From assembly GCA_028718635.1 (NCBI GenBank), contig JAQULK010000001.1, forward strand, positions 316,692 through 380,691: DNA of 64,000 nt. Direction: 5' to 3'. Source of the DNA: Minisyncoccota bacterium (GTDB lineage: Bacteria; Patescibacteriota; Minisyncoccia; Phycocordibacterales; UBA9973). Positions 9,901-18,331 of this stretch are shown here, piece after piece; position 1 is the stretch's first letter; each line of letters opens with the position of its first letter. The position numbers were made by a program, and so were the translations under genes. The notes below the pieces were generated by a model. That model did not search any database. It was given only the letters and a program-made list of their open reading frames with translations, and was not told where the DNA came from.

Positions 9901-10357
9901 TCTTTTTTACAGATATTTTAGGCAAGTGATTGAAGTGGGGTATATCTATATTGCTCAACCTCCGCTTTATAAAATAAAAAAAGGCAAAGAAATTTTATAT
10001 GCTTACACTGATGATGAGAAATTAAAAATTGTCGGCAAAAGCAATGATGTGAGCGAGATAGAAGAAGTGGCCCCGACGCTTGAAGAGGTCGGGGTCCCGA
10101 CTCCTGATGAAAATCAGGGCGTCGGGAAAGAAAAATCCACAAAAATACATATTCAGCGCTTCAAAGGTCTCGGAGAAATGAACCCAGAAGAACTCTGGGA
10201 GACGACCATGGATCCTAGCCATCGCGTTCTCAAGAGAGTGGACATCAGTGATGCCGAGGAAGCTAACAAGATTTTTGATATTCTTATGGGTTCCGAAGTG
10301 CCTCCACGCAAATTATTTATTCAATCCAACGCAAAATTGGCGGAGATTGATATATAA
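6980..10357 (+). CDS. gyrB: DNA gyrase subunit B, intein-containing
   Basis: RRRPGMYIG, HAGGKF, GLHGVG, VEGDSAGG, PLRGK, TDADVDG, RFKGLGEM. Confidence 0.98.
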   Translation: MAKEKEDKKGAEKGHRYDASDISVLEGLEPVRRRPGMYIGTTGPEGLHHLIWEIFDNSRDEAMGGFCNDIEIVLLPGNRIRVADNGRGIPIDIHKKTKVSALETVMTTLHAGGKFGGEGYKVSGGLHGVGASVVNALSIYCKAEVYRDGGKYYQEYSQGKKKSAVKKSGASKLHGTIITFEPDEEIFGKIVFDWNTVMSHIRQQAYLVKGLKILIIDARGWDNQKGLNEEDVFYFRELGLELPSVTFYFEGGLVSLVKYYNKLHKPIQNHIFYVEKELDKVGVEIALQYVDDISDRIFPFANNIYTGEGGTHVTGFKTALTRTLNTYCKKNEMMKESEGGFTGDDVLEGLTVVISVKLREIQFEGQTKGKLGSMEAQGAVATVFGEAFASFLEENPDDAKAIINKSILALKARKAAKAAKDSILRKGALEGMTLPGKLADCQSKNASESELFLVEGDSAGGCFSADTKVALVDGRDISFKELILEHNLGKTNYCYTILDDGSIGIQKILNPRRTKINTEVIKVMLDNEEEIVCTPDHLFMLRDGNYKAAQDLESNDSLMPLRKQFSKIGKRITIEDYEMVYDGKDHRWIFTHLLSDNYNLEQGVYPITEGSHRHHKDFNKRNNNPENIIRLTKEEHMALHALLYEKNLKRPDVLEKLKNIRNTPSYRGKIRQKMLLMRDELSARAKAQWENEEYKKYMVQKFLDFYASNEEYRKKSQEILKIAQKKYWSNEANVEKQSQKVKNFFKAHPELKKGLSVIAKEQWANFDLLKWRSDKTKGQWTEEFREKRKVAYDKTYYENTIKVLRRVYDNNKEIDVNLFEEIRKRENNKNVLSFKTFVSRFFDGNETELSEAVENYNHKIKKIIQLSEKIDVYDLEVPGTHNFALASGVFVHNSAKQGRDRRIQAILPLRGKILNVERARIDKMLASKEVKSLVIAMGTSIGDTFDLEKMRYHKIIIATDADVDGSHIRTLLLTLFYRYFRQVIEVGYIYIAQPPLYKIKKGKEILYAYTDDEKLKIVGKSNDVSEIEEVAPTLEEVGVPTPDENQGVGKEKSTKIHIQRFKGLGEMNPEELWETTMDPSHRVLKRVDISDAEEANKIFDILMGSEVPPRKLFIQSNAKLAEIDI
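8363..9658 (+). mobile_element. GyrB intein, 432 aa, with HNH homing endonuclease
   Basis: DSAGG|CFSADT...CTPDH...DLEVPGTHNFAL...VHN|SAKQ; HHKDFNKRNNNPEN HNH motif. Confidence 0.95.
10069..10127 (+). repeat. Tandem CCCGAC...GTCGGG hairpins in frame in gyrB (APTLEEVGVPTPDENQGVG)
   Basis: Two adjacent stem-loops in the variable C-terminal loop. Confidence 0.75.
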
Positions 10358-10380
10358 TTTATTTGTATTATAATTAGTAT

Positions 10381-11427
10381 ATGATTACTCCAGAACTTCA
10401 AACATATATACGCCAACAGCTGAGAGCTGGAGTTGCGAAAGATACTATCAGGCAAAATCTTTCTGTAAATGGATGGAACTCACAGGATTTAGATGAAGCG
10501 TTTCTTTCAATTGAGAATCCACAATCTTCCCAAATAGTTACTTCGTCTGTTGTTTCTTTTGGACACAAAATGATGTTGATAATAGTGATTGTCTTTTTGT
10601 TGTTTGTCGGCGTCGGAGGTGCTTTTGCGGCTTATCATTATGGATTGTTTAATAAATTATTCTTTCCTACTACGGCTCAGTTGCCGGTGAATGCTACGAC
10701 GGAAAACTCAACTCCAATTACTAATACAGAGAACGCAATAGCCACTCCTCAAGCGGAGACGGCGAATACAGTTTGTGACAACTATCAGTGTTTAATTGCC
10801 GCAGCTTCAAAATGCCAACCGATATCTGTTACCATTTCATATTCTGGTGTGCCATTTCCACTTGACCCCAATGTATCTATGTCTGGGCAAAACAAGTATG
10901 AAATCAAAAAATCATCTGGAATGAATGATTGCTCCCTAACTTTTTCATATCTAGCGGTCCACTTTAGTATTTCTGATAAGGGACGCAAAGCAGAACTGGC
11001 TTCAGGAAAGATAACCGATGCTCAAATTAACGCTCAATTGCAAACAATGAACGACAGTTTTAAATCAACGGCCGGAATGCAAACCACCTGTTTAAGTAGC
11101 ACGAACGCTATAGTTGATTACTTGACGGATGCGATGACAAATATGAAAAATGGAAGTTTTTCATTTGATGTCAGTAGCGATTTAAAAGGGAATACGACAT
11201 ATACTACCAAATCTGGTCAGAAATTAGTTTGTACAGATACCTCACCCAAACAACCAGCGAATACTTCTGTGACAATAACATATGCAAAATGTGTAGCTCA
11301 AAAAGGATCAAGTAAGGCGATTACCGATGCCGGCACAGCTTGTCTTGAAAACCAGATTGACCTAGGCACTATCGTTGGCAATGTTAAATTGAATGGTAAA
11401 TACCCTCAGTGTTGTGTGTCAAAATAA
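10381..11427 (+). CDS. Membrane-anchored Cys/Thr-rich hypothetical surface protein
   Basis: N-terminal small helical domain, one TM segment, Thr-rich linker, paired Cys. Confidence 0.75.
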   Translation: MITPELQTYIRQQLRAGVAKDTIRQNLSVNGWNSQDLDEAFLSIENPQSSQIVTSSVVSFGHKMMLIIVIVFLLFVGVGGAFAAYHYGLFNKLFFPTTAQLPVNATTENSTPITNTENAIATPQAETANTVCDNYQCLIAAASKCQPISVTISYSGVPFPLDPNVSMSGQNKYEIKKSSGMNDCSLTFSYLAVHFSISDKGRKAELASGKITDAQINAQLQTMNDSFKSTAGMQTTCLSSTNAIVDYLTDAMTNMKNGSFSFDVSSDLKGNTTYTTKSGQKLVCTDTSPKQPANTSVTITYAKCVAQKGSSKAITDAGTACLENQIDLGTIVGNVKLNGKYPQCCVSK

Positions 11428-11476
11428 ATACTTTTTAAAATACGCAGAGGTTTGATTTGTGGAGCGTTTATCACAC

Positions 11477-11599
11477 CTAAATCGAAAAAAGTAGAGCAAG
11501 AAGGGAAAGAAAGACGCCGACGATCAGGCCAATAAATATTCCGGCAAAGCCTTTCAAGAAAAAACCGATGATTACACATGCAATGATAATATAAATCAT
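11477..11599 (-). CDS. Small hydrophobic membrane peptide, 40 aa, not in the ORF track
   Basis: ATG overlaps the udg stop (TAATG); MIYIIIACVIIGFFLKGFAGIFIGLIVGVFLSLLALLFSI. Confidence 0.5.
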   Translation of the reverse strand: MIYIIIACVIIGFFLKGFAGIFIGLIVGVFLSLLALLFSI

Positions 11600-12183
11600 T
11601 ATTTTTTGTTGTTAATTTTTTCTAAAATTTTTGGAATCTTTTTAAAGTCTTCCAACAGAGTCTCTCTCATCCCTCCATTATAAAGCGCGGCAGCCGGATG
11701 GTAAAGGGGGAGAAAATGACCTGTTTTAATTTTATTGAATTTCTTGATTAAAAGTTTTCCGTGCACGGCTGAAATCTTTTCCAATGGGAAAAAATCATTC
11801 ATGGAGTGCCTTCCCAGAAAAACAATAAGTTTCGGATTTATGAAGTTGAGTTCTTCAATCAACCAATCCCGACAAGCGTCTTTTTCTTCTGGTAAAGGAT
11901 CGCGATTGTTTGGAGGTCTGTATTTTACTATATTGGTTATATAAATCTCTCCTCGTTTTAATTTTATAGCTTCCAGCATTTCTGCCAAGAATTTTCCAGC
12001 AGCGCCGACAAAAGGCCGGCCTTGTTTGTCTTCTTCTTTTCCGGGAGCTTCGCCGATAAAAACTATTTCTGAATTTGGATTACCATCTCCCGGCACAGGC
12101 TGAGTAGCCGTTTTTTTTAGTTCACACTTGCAGTCCGCGAACCACTTTTCATGAATTTTTTTTAACTCCTCGTTTTTATCCAT
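11599..12183 (-). CDS. Uracil-DNA glycosylase, family 4
   Basis: FIGEAPG, GRPFVG, TNIVKYRPPNNRDP, YHPAA. Confidence 0.93.
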   Translation of the reverse strand: MDKNEELKKIHEKWFADCKCELKKTATQPVPGDGNPNSEIVFIGEAPGKEEDKQGRPFVGAAGKFLAEMLEAIKLKRGEIYITNIVKYRPPNNRDPLPEEKDACRDWLIEELNFINPKLIVFLGRHSMNDFFPLEKISAVHGKLLIKKFNKIKTGHFLPLYHPAAALYNGGMRETLLEDFKKIPKILEKINNKK

Positions 12184-12203
12184 TGAAAAGAATTAATTTA
12201 AAA

Positions 12204-13949
12204 TTACTTTTTACTTTTTATTTCTTCCAAAAGTTTAGCAACTAGTTCTTCTTTTGTTATCTGTCCTAGCTGGCCGGCGTCGCGAGATTCTAAGGTGACT
12301 TTTTTAGCTTCTATTTCTTTGTCGCCGACGACAACCCAGTAGGGGATTTTGTTGTTTTTTGCGTCGCGGACTTTTCCACCAAGGTTTGCTTCAGCATCAT
12401 CAAATTCTACGCGGATATTATTTTCTTTCAGTAGATCAAAAATCTTTTTTGCATATTCATTGTGACTTGCTCGTACTGGAATCACTTTTACTTGCATTGG
12501 TGAGAGCCAAAGAGGGAAAGCGCCGGCAGTATGTTCGATTAAAATTGCAAGAAATCTTTCAATTGATCCCATAATAGCGGCGTGAATCATAACAATACGT
12601 TCCTGCTCTCCTTTTTCATTAATGCAGTAAAGATCAAACCTCTCTGGCATATTCATATCAAGTTGAATTGTAGCAACTTGATGTTCTCTGCCAATAGCAT
12701 CTTTTGCTAGAAAATCAATTTTAGGTCCATAAAATGCCGCTTCTCCAATGGCTTCTATTGCGTTTTCGCCATTTTGTTTAATTATTTTTCTTAATGCATT
12801 TTCTGCATTTACCCAAACTTCTTCAGTCCCCAAATATGCGCTCATATTTTTCGGATCATGCATAGAAAGACGAGGTTTTAAAATAAAACCAAAAGAACCA
12901 TAAAAAGTTTTTACAATATTATAAATTTTTTCCATTTCAGGACTTGCCTGGCTTAGTCTACAGAATACATGTGCATCGTCTTGAGTGATAGAGCGTACTC
13001 TAGAGAGTCCTCCAAGTTCTCCTGTTTGCTCGTCGCGATAAACTTTAGTAGTTTCAGCATATCTTTGAGGAAGTTCTTTGTAGCTCCATTGTTTACGGTT
13101 GTATATTTGCGTATGATGAGGGCAATTCATTGGTTTCATCGCAAAAGTGTGTTCTTCACGGGTATTTATTTTAAATAAATCATCTTTAAATTTTTCCCAA
13201 TGTCCCGAGGTTTCATAAAGTTCTTTTTTGGTTATGTGCGGTATGTCTACTCTTTCATAGCCGGCTATTTTTCGTAGCTCCCACACAAAATCATCCAATA
13301 AGTTTCTTACAAGGGTTCCTTTTGGAGTAAAAAGAGGAAGCCCTGCGCCCACTAAATCAGAAAAAGTAAAAAGATCCAATTCTTTCCCTAGCTTTTTATG
13401 ATCTCTTTTCCTAGCTTCCTCGCGTTGTTTTAAATATGCTTCCAATTCTTCTTTGGTTTCAAAAGCCAGGCCATAGATACGAGTGAGCATTTTATTCTTT
13501 TCATCTCCGCGCCAATAAGCTCCAGCCATGCGGTCTAGTTTGAAGGAATTTAAATCAATTTCTTTTGCCGGATTTTCTAAATGTCCACCTCGGCAAAGGT
13601 CGGTAAAATTACCGGAAGTATAAAAAGTTATTTTCTCTCCTTTTTCGGCAATTTCATTAATAATTTCCAATTTGTAAGAATTGCCTGCAAAATATTTTTT
13701 AGCTTCTTCTGCTGTTTTCTCTTCGTGTGAAAATCCTTTCCATGTTTTCACAAGTTCTCGCATTTTCTTCTCTATTTTCGGCAGATCTTTGTCTGAGATA
13801 GGGGAGGTAAAATCAAAATCATAATAAAATCCGTCCTCAATTGGCGGGCCTAGAGTTACTTTGGTGTCAGGATAGTATTCTAAAACTGCGGCTGCTAAAA
13901 GGTGTGCTAAGGAATGCCTTAAATTCTTTAATTTCTCTGTTTTTTCCAT
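12204..13949 (-). CDS. thrS: Threonine-tRNA ligase lacking the TGS domain; start adjusted to ATG 13949
   Basis: RHSLAH, DLCRGGH, KPMNCPHH, AFYGPKID, HAAIMGSIERF. Confidence 0.97.
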   Translation of the reverse strand: MEKTEKLKNLRHSLAHLLAAAVLEYYPDTKVTLGPPIEDGFYYDFDFTSPISDKDLPKIEKKMRELVKTWKGFSHEEKTAEEAKKYFAGNSYKLEIINEIAEKGEKITFYTSGNFTDLCRGGHLENPAKEIDLNSFKLDRMAGAYWRGDEKNKMLTRIYGLAFETKEELEAYLKQREEARKRDHKKLGKELDLFTFSDLVGAGLPLFTPKGTLVRNLLDDFVWELRKIAGYERVDIPHITKKELYETSGHWEKFKDDLFKINTREEHTFAMKPMNCPHHTQIYNRKQWSYKELPQRYAETTKVYRDEQTGELGGLSRVRSITQDDAHVFCRLSQASPEMEKIYNIVKTFYGSFGFILKPRLSMHDPKNMSAYLGTEEVWVNAENALRKIIKQNGENAIEAIGEAAFYGPKIDFLAKDAIGREHQVATIQLDMNMPERFDLYCINEKGEQERIVMIHAAIMGSIERFLAILIEHTAGAFPLWLSPMQVKVIPVRASHNEYAKKIFDLLKENNIRVEFDDAEANLGGKVRDAKNNKIPYWVVVGDKEIEAKKVTLESRDAGQLGQITKEELVAKLLEEIKSKK

Positions 13950-13971
13950 AAACTTTATAGTACCACATTTT

Positions 13972-14052
13972 ACCCCCACACCTAATATAATACATATTAT
14001 GCGTCAAAAGTATGCAAAAAACAATATTGTGATATGTATTAGGTGTGGGGGT
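13972..14052. repeat. Family B element, copy 2
   Basis: 16-bp IR ACCCCCACACCTAATA...TATTAGGTGTGGGGGT between divergent thrS and rpmF. Confidence 0.85.
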
Positions 14053-14094
14053 TTATTTTGCTTTTCATCTATAATGTGCTAGGATAGATGCATT

Positions 14095-14331
14095 ATGGTA
14101 GTACGAATGAGACATACAAAATCACATACAGCGAACCGACGTTCTCACCACGCTTTGGAGAGCACGAGTTTTTCTAAGTGTGAGAATTGCAAAGCTTTGA
14201 AAAGACGCCACACGGTCTGTTTAGGTTGCGGTTTTTATCGAGGGAAAAAGGTTCTAGATTTGATTAAAAAGACAGAAAAGAAACAAAAGAAAGCAAAAGC
14301 AAAAGCAAAGCAAGCAGAGGAAAGTAAGTAG
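14095..14331 (+). CDS. rpmF: 50S ribosomal protein L32
   Basis: RRSHHAL, CxxC...HxxCxxCGFY. Confidence 0.93.
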   Translation: MVVRMRHTKSHTANRRSHHALESTSFSKCENCKALKRRHTVCLGCGFYRGKKVLDLIKKTEKKQKKAKAKAKQAEESK

Positions 14332-14450
14332 TCCCGTTAGAGGCCGCGGTCGCAAGCGGGTGAATTGGAAATGATTTTTTACAAAAGAAAATTAATAGGA
14401 TTGCAGGGTTTGGTTTTTAAAATAAAGACCGCGACCTGCCTCTAACGGGA
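14332..14450 (+). repeat. Family A element, copy 2; fills the whole rpmF-nusB spacer
   Basis: TCCCGTTAGAGGCCGCGGTC...GACCGCGACCTGCCTCTAACGGG-ATG. Confidence 0.9.
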
Positions 14451-15403
14451 TGGCAAATAGGCACCTTTCCAGATCAATAGTTCTCCAGACGCTTTTTGAG
14501 TGGGATTTCCTGTCTGCGCAGACGGGCGTATCTGCTAATAAAAAAAATACTCATCCCATAAGCGATGAGGTAAAAGAAATCCTAAAAAGAAATTTGAAAG
14601 AATTTGCTCCTGGTCTTGAAGATGATGTTTTTGTATTTTCACTATTCGATCAAATTTTTAAAAAGCGTGCTGTGATTGATGAGATTATAGAAAAAGCTGC
14701 GCCAGATTGGCCGCTCGACAAGATTTCTATTATCGATAGGAATATTTTAAGAATCGGCTTGGCGGAGCTTATTTTCGGTGATAGAAAAGAAGTACCTCCA
14801 AAAGTAGCTATCAATGAAGCAATAGAATTAGCGAAAACTTTCGGCGGAGAAAATTCCAGCAAGTTTATCAATGGCGTTCTCGGCGCTGTTTATAAAGAAA
14901 TAGGAGAACCAGGCAAAGAGCAAATCAGTAAAAAAAAGAAAAATGGAGAAATTCTAGACATTACCAAGCTGCCTGTTGATAAAAAAGGAGGAGCGCTTGT
15001 TTATGCGAGGAAAGACAATAAACAAGATGGCGAGATAATGTTTGCGCTGGTGCATGATGTTTTTGGATATTGGACTATCTCTAAAGGCAGTGTGGAAGAA
15101 GGAGAAAATGAGGATGAGGCGACAATTAGGGAAATAAAAGAAGAAATTGGGTTAGAGATTGTGATAGAAGAAAAATTGGGCGAGAATGAATATGTCGCGA
15201 CGCATCCTGTAAACGGAAAAAGTTTAAAGAAGGTAGTTTATTTTTTAGCAAAGAGCGAATACAAAGATCTTGTATTAGAAAAGTCAGGCGGGTTGGATGG
15301 GGCGAGATGGTTTGAACTTTCTAAAATTCCCGGGCTACGCATCTATAATGATATAGTGCCTTTATTTGAGAAAGCAATTGAAATTATCAGCAATAGACAA
15401 TAA
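14450..15403 (+). CDS. nusB: NusB fused to a C-terminal NUDIX hydrolase
   Basis: DRNILR, VAINEAIELAK, FINGVLG; Nudix box GSVEEGENEDEATIREIKEEIG. Confidence 0.9.
   Translation: MANRHLSRSIVLQTLFEWDFLSAQTGVSANKKNTHPISDEVKEILKRNLKEFAPGLEDDVFVFSLFDQIFKKRAVIDEIIEKAAPDWPLDKISIIDRNILRIGLAELIFGDRKEVPPKVAINEAIELAKTFGGENSSKFINGVLGAVYKEIGEPGKEQISKKKKNGEILDITKLPVDKKGGALVYARKDNKQDGEIMFALVHDVFGYWTISKGSVEEGENEDEATIREIKEEIGLEIVIEEKLGENEYVATHPVNGKSLKKVVYFLAKSEYKDLVLEKSGGLDGARWFELSKIPGLRIYNDIVPLFEKAIEIISNRQ
14509..14526 (+). repeat. 18-nt palindrome in frame in nusB
   Basis: CCTGTCTGCGCAGACGGG. Confidence 0.55.
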
Positions 15404-15425
15404 TCACCGCCATGGCGGGACAAGC

Positions 15426-16121
15426 ATGATACAATTTTCAGATTTTGAAAAAAAAATAAAAATAGTTTTTAAAGACAAAAATTTACTGAAGCAATCTTTT
15501 ACGCACCGCTCTTATATAAATGAAAATGGAGCGAACGCTCTTTCTCATAATGAACGTTTAGAATTTCTAGGGGACGCAGTGTTGGAGCTCGTTGTTACGG
15601 ATTTTCTTTACAAAAAATATCCGCATTATCCGGAGGGCAAGCTGACGGCTCTTCGTTCTGCTCTTGTGAACGCTGTTATTATCTCTGAAATTGCTTTAAA
15701 AATAGGAATGAACGATTATTTGCTTTTATCAAAAGGAGAAGCAAAAGATTTTGGCAAAGCCAGGCAATATATTTTAGCGAATACTTATGAAGCGTTCATC
15801 GGAGCGATGTATATAGATCAAGGATACGACATTGTAGATAAATTTGTGGCTAAAACTCTCTTGCCTAAAACAGAAGAAATAGTAAAGAAAAAACTTTGGC
15901 GTGATGCAAAAAGTTTAGTGCAAGAAAAAGCGCAGGAATTTGTATCTGTAACTCCCGCTTATAAAGTTTTACATCAATCGGGTCCGGATCATGACAAGCA
16001 TTTTACCGTGGGTATTTATTTCGGTGCGCATTTGATAGCGGAAGGTAAAGGTCAAAGCAAACAAGAGGCTGAACAAAAAGCAGCCGAAAATGCATTAAAA
16101 GTAAAAAATTGGTTGGATTAA
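15426..16121 (+). CDS. rnc: Ribonuclease III; start adjusted to ATG 15426
   Basis: NERLEFLGDAVL signature and dsRBD. Confidence 0.96.
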   Translation: MIQFSDFEKKIKIVFKDKNLLKQSFTHRSYINENGANALSHNERLEFLGDAVLELVVTDFLYKKYPHYPEGKLTALRSALVNAVIISEIALKIGMNDYLLLSKGEAKDFGKARQYILANTYEAFIGAMYIDQGYDIVDKFVAKTLLPKTEEIVKKKLWRDAKSLVQEKAQEFVSVTPAYKVLHQSGPDHDKHFTVGIYFGAHLIAEGKGQSKQEAEQKAAENALKVKNWLD

Positions 16122-16128
16122 ATAAAAA

Positions 16129-18327
16129 ATGCGACTTAAAACACTTCAATTGAATGGTTTTAAATCTTTTGCTCAAAAGACTATTTTGGAGTTCAACACC
16201 CCCATTGTTTCGATCGTGGGTCCTAATGGATCAGGAAAATCAAACATAGTAGAGGCTATCCGTTTTGTTTTAGGGGAACAATCCATGAAATCAATGCGCG
16301 GGAAAGGAGGGGGAGATCTAGTTTTTAAGGGATCAAAGAAATTAGCAAAAGGAGCGCGGGCTTCTGTCACTATTTATTTTGATAATACGGATAAAGTTTT
16401 TAAACTTTCAAATGACGGAAGAGAAGATATAAATTTAAACTACGATGTTATTTCAATTTCTCGCGAAGTCTTTGCAGATGGATTGAATAAATATATTTTA
16501 AACGGCACAGAAGTCAGGTTGAAAGATATTCACAACCTTCTCGCCTCGGTGAATATAGGTTCTTCCGGGCATCACATCATCTCCCAAGGCGAAGCCGATC
16601 GTATTTTAAATGCCAACGCTCGAGAAAAAAGAGAAATGGTAGAAGATGCGCTTGGACTCAAAATTTATCAATACAAAATAAAAGAAAGCGAACGAAAGCT
16701 GGAGCGAACAAATGAAAATATGAAGGAAGTAGTTCTCTTGCGCAGAGAAAATGCTCCGCATCTCAACTTCTTAAAGAAGCAGGTTGAAAAATTTGAAAAG
16801 ACCAAAGAAATGCAGGCAGACTTGGGAGTTCTTTATCGGGAATATTTAAAAAGAGAGAGTGTTTATTTAGAACAAGAGAAAAACAAATTGTCACTTGAAA
16901 GAAATAAAATTTCAAATGAGCTTAAGAGTGTGGATGAAAAAATTTCTATCATAGAAGATAATGACCCCTTCCGTCATTCTGACACCTCCCCCTTAATAAG
17001 GGGGAGGTTGGGTGGGGGTAAAATAGAAGAATTACGAGCGGTAGAGCAGAAAATGAATTCTCTCCGTTCTACCAAAGGTGAACTAGAACGCAAACTTGGC
17101 CGAATAGAAGGGATGCTTGAATCCATCGAAAATAGAGCAAAATCCTCGCAAATTTCAGGTAAATGTCCCTTGTGTGGAAATGAAATCAAGAATGCAGAAG
17201 AAGAACAAATAAAAAAAAGGCATGATATAGAAAAAGAACTAGCAGATTTAAAAAAATCACAGCTTGATATTCTCTCTGAGATACAAAAAATAGCCTCAGA
17301 AGAAAAAGAAGGGATGGTATCGGTAGAAACATTGAAACAAGCAATAAATAAAGAGATGGAAGCCTTACGCGACCTGGAGCGTGAAAAGTTTACCTGGAAA
17401 GTCAGGCACCAAGAATTGTCTTCTGCCCTAGAACTTGTGGCTATAAAAGAAGGGAGTTTAAGGAGCCGTAAGGAAGGATTTGAAAATGAGATAAAAGAAG
17501 GTACTGCGCTTCTCGGCAGGGAAGAGCTGTCTTACGAAAATTTTAAAATCGAGGAAAATGAAACCGAAATCATCCAGGAAGATTTAAAGAGAAAAATAGA
17601 ACGCATAAAAATAAAATTAGAAGACGCCGGGCTCGGCAACGGAGCGGAGCTAATGAAAGAATTTAAAGAAGTAACGGAGCGAGACCAATTTTTAATGAAG
17701 GAAATGGAAGATTTGGAAAAAAGTATTGAGTCCTTGCAAAAACTTATTTTAGATTTGAAAGAAAAAATCGATATAGAATTTAAAGAAGGCGTTAAAAAAA
17801 TAAACGTAGAATTCCAAGAATTTTTTTCTTTGATGTTTGGTGGCGGACACGGATCGCTTTCTGTGGTTGAGATAAAAAGAAACTGGCGGGAAAAGGTCGG
17901 ACCTTTAGAGAGCCCAAGGTCCGACCTTGAGGAGCCAGAAGATGAGTTTGAAGAAGAAGAGGCTGTCGTCGAAAAAGGAATAGAGATAAATGTTTCTTTG
18001 CCTAATAAAAAAGTAAAAGAAATTAACGCTTTTTCCGGAGGAGAAAGATCTTTGACATCTATCGCTCTGCTTTTCGCTATGTCGCAAGTAAATCCGCCGC
18101 CATTTTTAGTGCTGGACGAGACGGACGCGGCGCTTGATGAAGCAAATTCCCGCAAATACGGAGATATGTTGGAGAAACTTTCAAAACATTCACAGCTTGT
18201 CGTCGTCACCCACAACCGAGAGACGATGTCTCGCGCCGGAGTCCTCTACGGCATCACTATAGGCTCCGACGAAGCGTCTAAAGTCCTCTCGGTAAAATTC
18301 GAAGAGGCGACCCAGATCGCAAAGTAA
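16129..18327 (+). CDS. smc: Short SMC-family ATPase, 732 aa, with central CxxC
   Basis: GFKSF, GPNGSGKSN, ISQG, FSGGE, LDETDAALD; rnc-smc synteny. Confidence 0.85.
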   Translation: MRLKTLQLNGFKSFAQKTILEFNTPIVSIVGPNGSGKSNIVEAIRFVLGEQSMKSMRGKGGGDLVFKGSKKLAKGARASVTIYFDNTDKVFKLSNDGREDINLNYDVISISREVFADGLNKYILNGTEVRLKDIHNLLASVNIGSSGHHIISQGEADRILNANAREKREMVEDALGLKIYQYKIKESERKLERTNENMKEVVLLRRENAPHLNFLKKQVEKFEKTKEMQADLGVLYREYLKRESVYLEQEKNKLSLERNKISNELKSVDEKISIIEDNDPFRHSDTSPLIRGRLGGGKIEELRAVEQKMNSLRSTKGELERKLGRIEGMLESIENRAKSSQISGKCPLCGNEIKNAEEEQIKKRHDIEKELADLKKSQLDILSEIQKIASEEKEGMVSVETLKQAINKEMEALRDLEREKFTWKVRHQELSSALELVAIKEGSLRSRKEGFENEIKEGTALLGREELSYENFKIEENETEIIQEDLKRKIERIKIKLEDAGLGNGAELMKEFKEVTERDQFLMKEMEDLEKSIESLQKLILDLKEKIDIEFKEGVKKINVEFQEFFSLMFGGGHGSLSVVEIKRNWREKVGPLESPRSDLEEPEDEFEEEEAVVEKGIEINVSLPNKKVKEINAFSGGERSLTSIALLFAMSQVNPPPFLVLDETDAALDEANSRKYGDMLEKLSKHSQLVVVTHNRETMSRAGVLYGITIGSDEASKVLSVKFEEATQIAK
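16964..17019 (+). repeat. Family E element in frame in smc (PFRHSDTSPLIRGRLGGG)
   Basis: ACCTCCCCCTTAATAAGGGGGAGGT core; near-identical to the dnaG insert. Confidence 0.85.
17893..17928 (+). repeat. AAGGTCGGACCTT inverted pair in frame in smc
   Basis: 13-bp perfect arms with a 10-nt spacer. Confidence 0.75.
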
Positions 18328-18331
18328 GTTT

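Noticed and set aside
14280-14320. GCAAAA short tandem repeats at the rpmF 3' end
   Set aside because: Explained by a low-complexity Lys/Ala tail
15407-15418. CCGCCATGGCGG palindrome before rnc
   Set aside because: Single 12-mer; may be an element remnant but unsupported
17532-18215. 227-aa antisense ORF, and the many similar short overlapping ORFs
   Set aside because: Shadows of well-supported genes on the other strand or frame
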